A stretch of 64,000 bases of DNA from an uncultured Cryptobacterium sp. (lineage in GTDB: Bacteria; Actinomycetota; Coriobacteriia; Coriobacteriales; Eggerthellaceae): NCBI GenBank assembly GCA_958410215.1, contig CATYOF010000012.1, forward strand, positions 2,238 through 66,237, written 5' to 3'. Shown piece by piece: positions 61,247 through 64,000 of this stretch. Numbering within the stretch: the stretch's first letter is position 1; each line of letters opens with the position of its first letter. The notes beneath the pieces are model-generated. The model was not told the DNA's origin. It saw only the letters and a list, made by a program, of their open reading frames with translations, and did not search any database. The translations under genes were made by a program, and so were the position numbers.

Positions 61247-63319
61247 CTATTTTGAAAGTAACGAAAAATCGGCCACGTGAGTAAACACACCCACAAAGCG
61301 ATTCAAAAGCTTCAAACGATTTTCACGAAGCGCCTGGTCTTCATCCATGATCATCACGCGCTCAAAGAACAAATCGATCGGTCCGCGCAAAGAAGCAAGT
61401 TCCTTTAGGGCATCAGCATAGTTATCGGCTTCAAGTGCTAACGCTACCCTGTTTTCCGCCTGTACAACCGCACAAGACAGGGCATGTTCCACTTCGGTAA
61501 GCAAGCTTTCATCAACACCGCTTCCAAGCTGGGGGTCACGCAAGTTGTTAGCACGAGCATAAGCTGTTGCTAAGTTTTCAAAGGTTTCAGGCTCATTGCT
61601 GCGGGCTTGTTCCAATGCTTCAACACGACGAATAAGCTCCAAAGGTTCCTGCACCCCAGCAGCTAGCACAGCATCAATAGCATCAAGACCCTTTCCGCCA
61701 TCACGCAGCATAACCCGCGTTCTGGTAATAAAGAAGTCAATCACCTCATCACGAACAGCTTGCGTATCAAATTCGATACCAGATTGCGCATACAGCTTCA
61801 ATGAAGCATCGATTGCTGATACTAAACTAACTGAAAGAGGGTTTTCGCAAGAAAGCATTGCCACAATACCAATAGCACTACGGCGTAAGGCGAAGGGGTC
61901 AGAAGATCCACTTGGTCCTTGCCCAACTGAGAACAAACCGCAAATAGTATCCAATTTATCAGCGAGAGCTACCACTTTTCCTGCGTTTGTTTCAGGAACT
62001 TCATCGCCTGCAAAACGAGGACGATAGTGCTGCTCAATAGCTTGTGCTACTTGAGGCGTTTCCCCGGAAGCTAAGGCATAATAGGAGCCCATAACGCCCT
62101 GCACCGAAGTAAATTCAATTACGGCACTGGTTACCAAGTCAGCCTTGCACAGCTTTGCCGCACGAAGTGCATCATGAGCTTCCTGACCCACCAGGCCCGC
62201 GTCTTTTACCAGATGATCCGCCAGACCAACAATGCGGTTGGTTTTGTCTAGCATGGTGCCTAATTTTTCTTGGAATACCACTTCTGAGAGCTGATCAACG
62301 TATGATTCTAACGGCTTCTTCAGGTCCTCATCATAGAAGAATTTGGCATCGTACAAACGAGCACGAACAACACGTTCATTACCATCGATGATGGTTTCAG
62401 AACAAGCGGGATCACCATTACCAACCACAATAAAGCGATTAGTTAGTTTGCCTGCCTCGTCATATAAGGGGAAATAGCGCTGATGCATAAGCATGGCATC
62501 AACAATAATTTCTTCGGGTACCTGCAAGAATTCCTTATCAAACGTGCCTACAAGCACGGTGGGATATTCTGCCAGGTTAATCACTTCAACCAAGGTTTTC
62601 GCAGGTAATACCGCATGGAATCCTGTTTCTTTTTCCACAGTTGCTACCCCATTGCGAATAACTTCTTCACGCTCTGTTTCAGAGGGGACCACAAACGCTT
62701 GACGAACCACTGAAACCAAATCACTTGCCGAAGCTACTTCAAACGGACCAGGTGCCAAAAAACGATGACCATAGGTAAGACGATCAGCCGTCAAACCTGC
62801 AAACGTGAAAGGAATTACCTCAGATCCAAACAAGGCTACAAACCAGCGAATAGGACGGGAATAATATTCCGATTCACTACCCCAACGCTGAGACTTAGGC
62901 CATGAAATACCACGAACGATACCCTCAAGCACACTTGATAACAATGTAGAAACCTGAACCGAAGGGGTATGAGTGCGCGCATACACATAGCCATCCTCTA
63001 CCACCAAATCGGCGGGATCGACGCCTTTACCACGCGCAAAACCCTGAGCTGCTTTGGTGGGATTACCCTGTTCATCAAAAGCAATTTTTGCCGAAGGGCC
63101 TTTAAATACTTCATTTTTTTCTTCAGTTGCCTCAGGAATGTCATGTACTACCACAATTAAACGACGAGGAGAAGAATATATTTCTGTTTCCCCATGAGGA
63201 ATTGCCGCCTCGTCAAGTAAACGAGGTGCCAACGATTGAAGCTGCTTTACTGCATTGGATAAATCAAAGGCAGGAATTTCTTCAGTGCCAATTTCAAAAG
63301 CAAGACTTTGCTGCGCCAT
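61247..63319 (-). CDS. glyS: Glycine--tRNA ligase beta subunit
   Basis: EIGTEEIP, SPRRL, HQRYF, GNERVVRARL, KADL, GSSDPFALRR. Confidence 0.97.
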   Translation of the reverse strand: MAQQSLAFEIGTEEIPAFDLSNAVKQLQSLAPRLLDEAAIPHGETEIYSSPRRLIVVVHDIPEATEEKNEVFKGPSAKIAFDEQGNPTKAAQGFARGKGVDPADLVVEDGYVYARTHTPSVQVSTLLSSVLEGIVRGISWPKSQRWGSESEYYSRPIRWFVALFGSEVIPFTFAGLTADRLTYGHRFLAPGPFEVASASDLVSVVRQAFVVPSETEREEVIRNGVATVEKETGFHAVLPAKTLVEVINLAEYPTVLVGTFDKEFLQVPEEIIVDAMLMHQRYFPLYDEAGKLTNRFIVVGNGDPACSETIIDGNERVVRARLYDAKFFYDEDLKKPLESYVDQLSEVVFQEKLGTMLDKTNRIVGLADHLVKDAGLVGQEAHDALRAAKLCKADLVTSAVIEFTSVQGVMGSYYALASGETPQVAQAIEQHYRPRFAGDEVPETNAGKVVALADKLDTICGLFSVGQGPSGSSDPFALRRSAIGIVAMLSCENPLSVSLVSAIDASLKLYAQSGIEFDTQAVRDEVIDFFITRTRVMLRDGGKGLDAIDAVLAAGVQEPLELIRRVEALEQARSNEPETFENLATAYARANNLRDPQLGSGVDESLLTEVEHALSCAVVQAENRVALALEADNYADALKELASLRGPIDLFFERVMIMDEDQALRENRLKLLNRFVGVFTHVADFSLLSK

Positions 63320-63321
63320 TC

Positions 63322-64000
63322 CTATTCTCCTTTTTCATCCTGAGCAGGCTTAATACCAACAACATGTTCCAGATATGATGCGCAACATGCTTTTGCAATA
63401 GTGCGAACACGCAAAATATAAGCCATTCGTTCGGTTGCACTAATTACCCCACGTGCATCGAGCAAGTTAAACGCATGAGAACATTTCAAAACGTAGTCAT
63501 AGGCAGGAAGAGGAAGGCCTGCTTCCAAAACACGCTTGCATTCAGCCTCATAACGATCAAATTCACCAAAAAGTAAATCAGTATCTGCAATTTCAAAGTT
63601 ATAGGCAGAAAATTCGCGTTCGTTTTCAAGGAATACATCACCGTAGGTGAAAACGGTTCCGTCATCGCTGCGAGCCCAGATAAGATCATAAACTGAATCA
63701 ACGCCTTGAATATACATAGCTAAGCGTTCCAAGCCATAAGTAATTTCAGAAGGCACGGGCCGACACTCAAATCCGCCAACCTGCTGGAAATAGGTAAACT
63801 GGGTAACTTCCATACCGTTGAGCCATACTTCCCAACCAAGACCCCATGCACCAAGGGTTGGGCTTTCCCAGTCGTCTTCAACAAAACGAATGTCGTGCTT
63901 TTCAGGCTCAATACCAATGGTACGAAGTGAATTCAAATATAAGTCCTGAACATTATCAGGAGAAGGCTTCATAAGAACCTGAAACTGGTAGTAGTGCTGC
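63322..64000 (-). CDS. glyQ: Glycine--tRNA ligase alpha subunit (5' end beyond window)
   Basis: [44 protein letters not shown]; frame open to the window edge. Confidence 0.97.
   Translation of the reverse strand, partial: QHYYQFQVLMKPSPDNVQDLYLNSLRTIGIEPEKHDIRFVEDDWESPTLGAWGLGWEVWLNGMEVTQFTYFQQVGGFECRPVPSEITYGLERLAMYIQGVDSVYDLIWARSDDGTVFTYGDVFLENEREFSAYNFEIADTDLLFGEFDRYEAECKRVLEAGLPLPAYDYVLKCSHAFNLLDARGVISATERMAYILRVRTIAKACCASYLEHVVGIKPAQDEKGE

Overview
Mostly core chromosome of an anaerobic bacterium, probably Coriobacteriia/Eggerthellaceae. This is an inference from the actinobacterial-style uvrC-rapZ-yvcK-whiA-gap-pgk-tpiA-secG gene order, the tandem YhgE/Pip genes and the tmRNA tag ending ALAMAA. 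The window holds two YhgE/Pip genes, a HelD-like motor, a dapL-queDECF operon, a flavodiiron protein, an FNT channel, a hypothetical-ADH-ALDH operon, an RNHCP protein, glycolysis genes, gdhA, argS, a D-amino acid aminotransferase, argF, pstSCAB-phoU with a divergent two-component system, rdgB, murI, an L,D-transpeptidase, metQ, ssrA, ppdK with its regulator, glyQS and six tRNAs. I see no integrase, transposase, phage, CRISPR or defence system. The most interesting signals are non-coding. (1) A ~200-nt multibranch fold between argF and dat has a 38-bp closing stem whose transition mismatches are all G-U on the strand antisense to both neighbours. (2) A ~290-nt attenuator-like leader with a short uORF precedes the RNHCP gene. 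(3) A tRNA-Gly-linked element duplicates the tRNA 3' end around a cluster of perfect palindromes. In addition, pstA is split by a single in-frame TAA, and short tandem duplications recur throughout the window.
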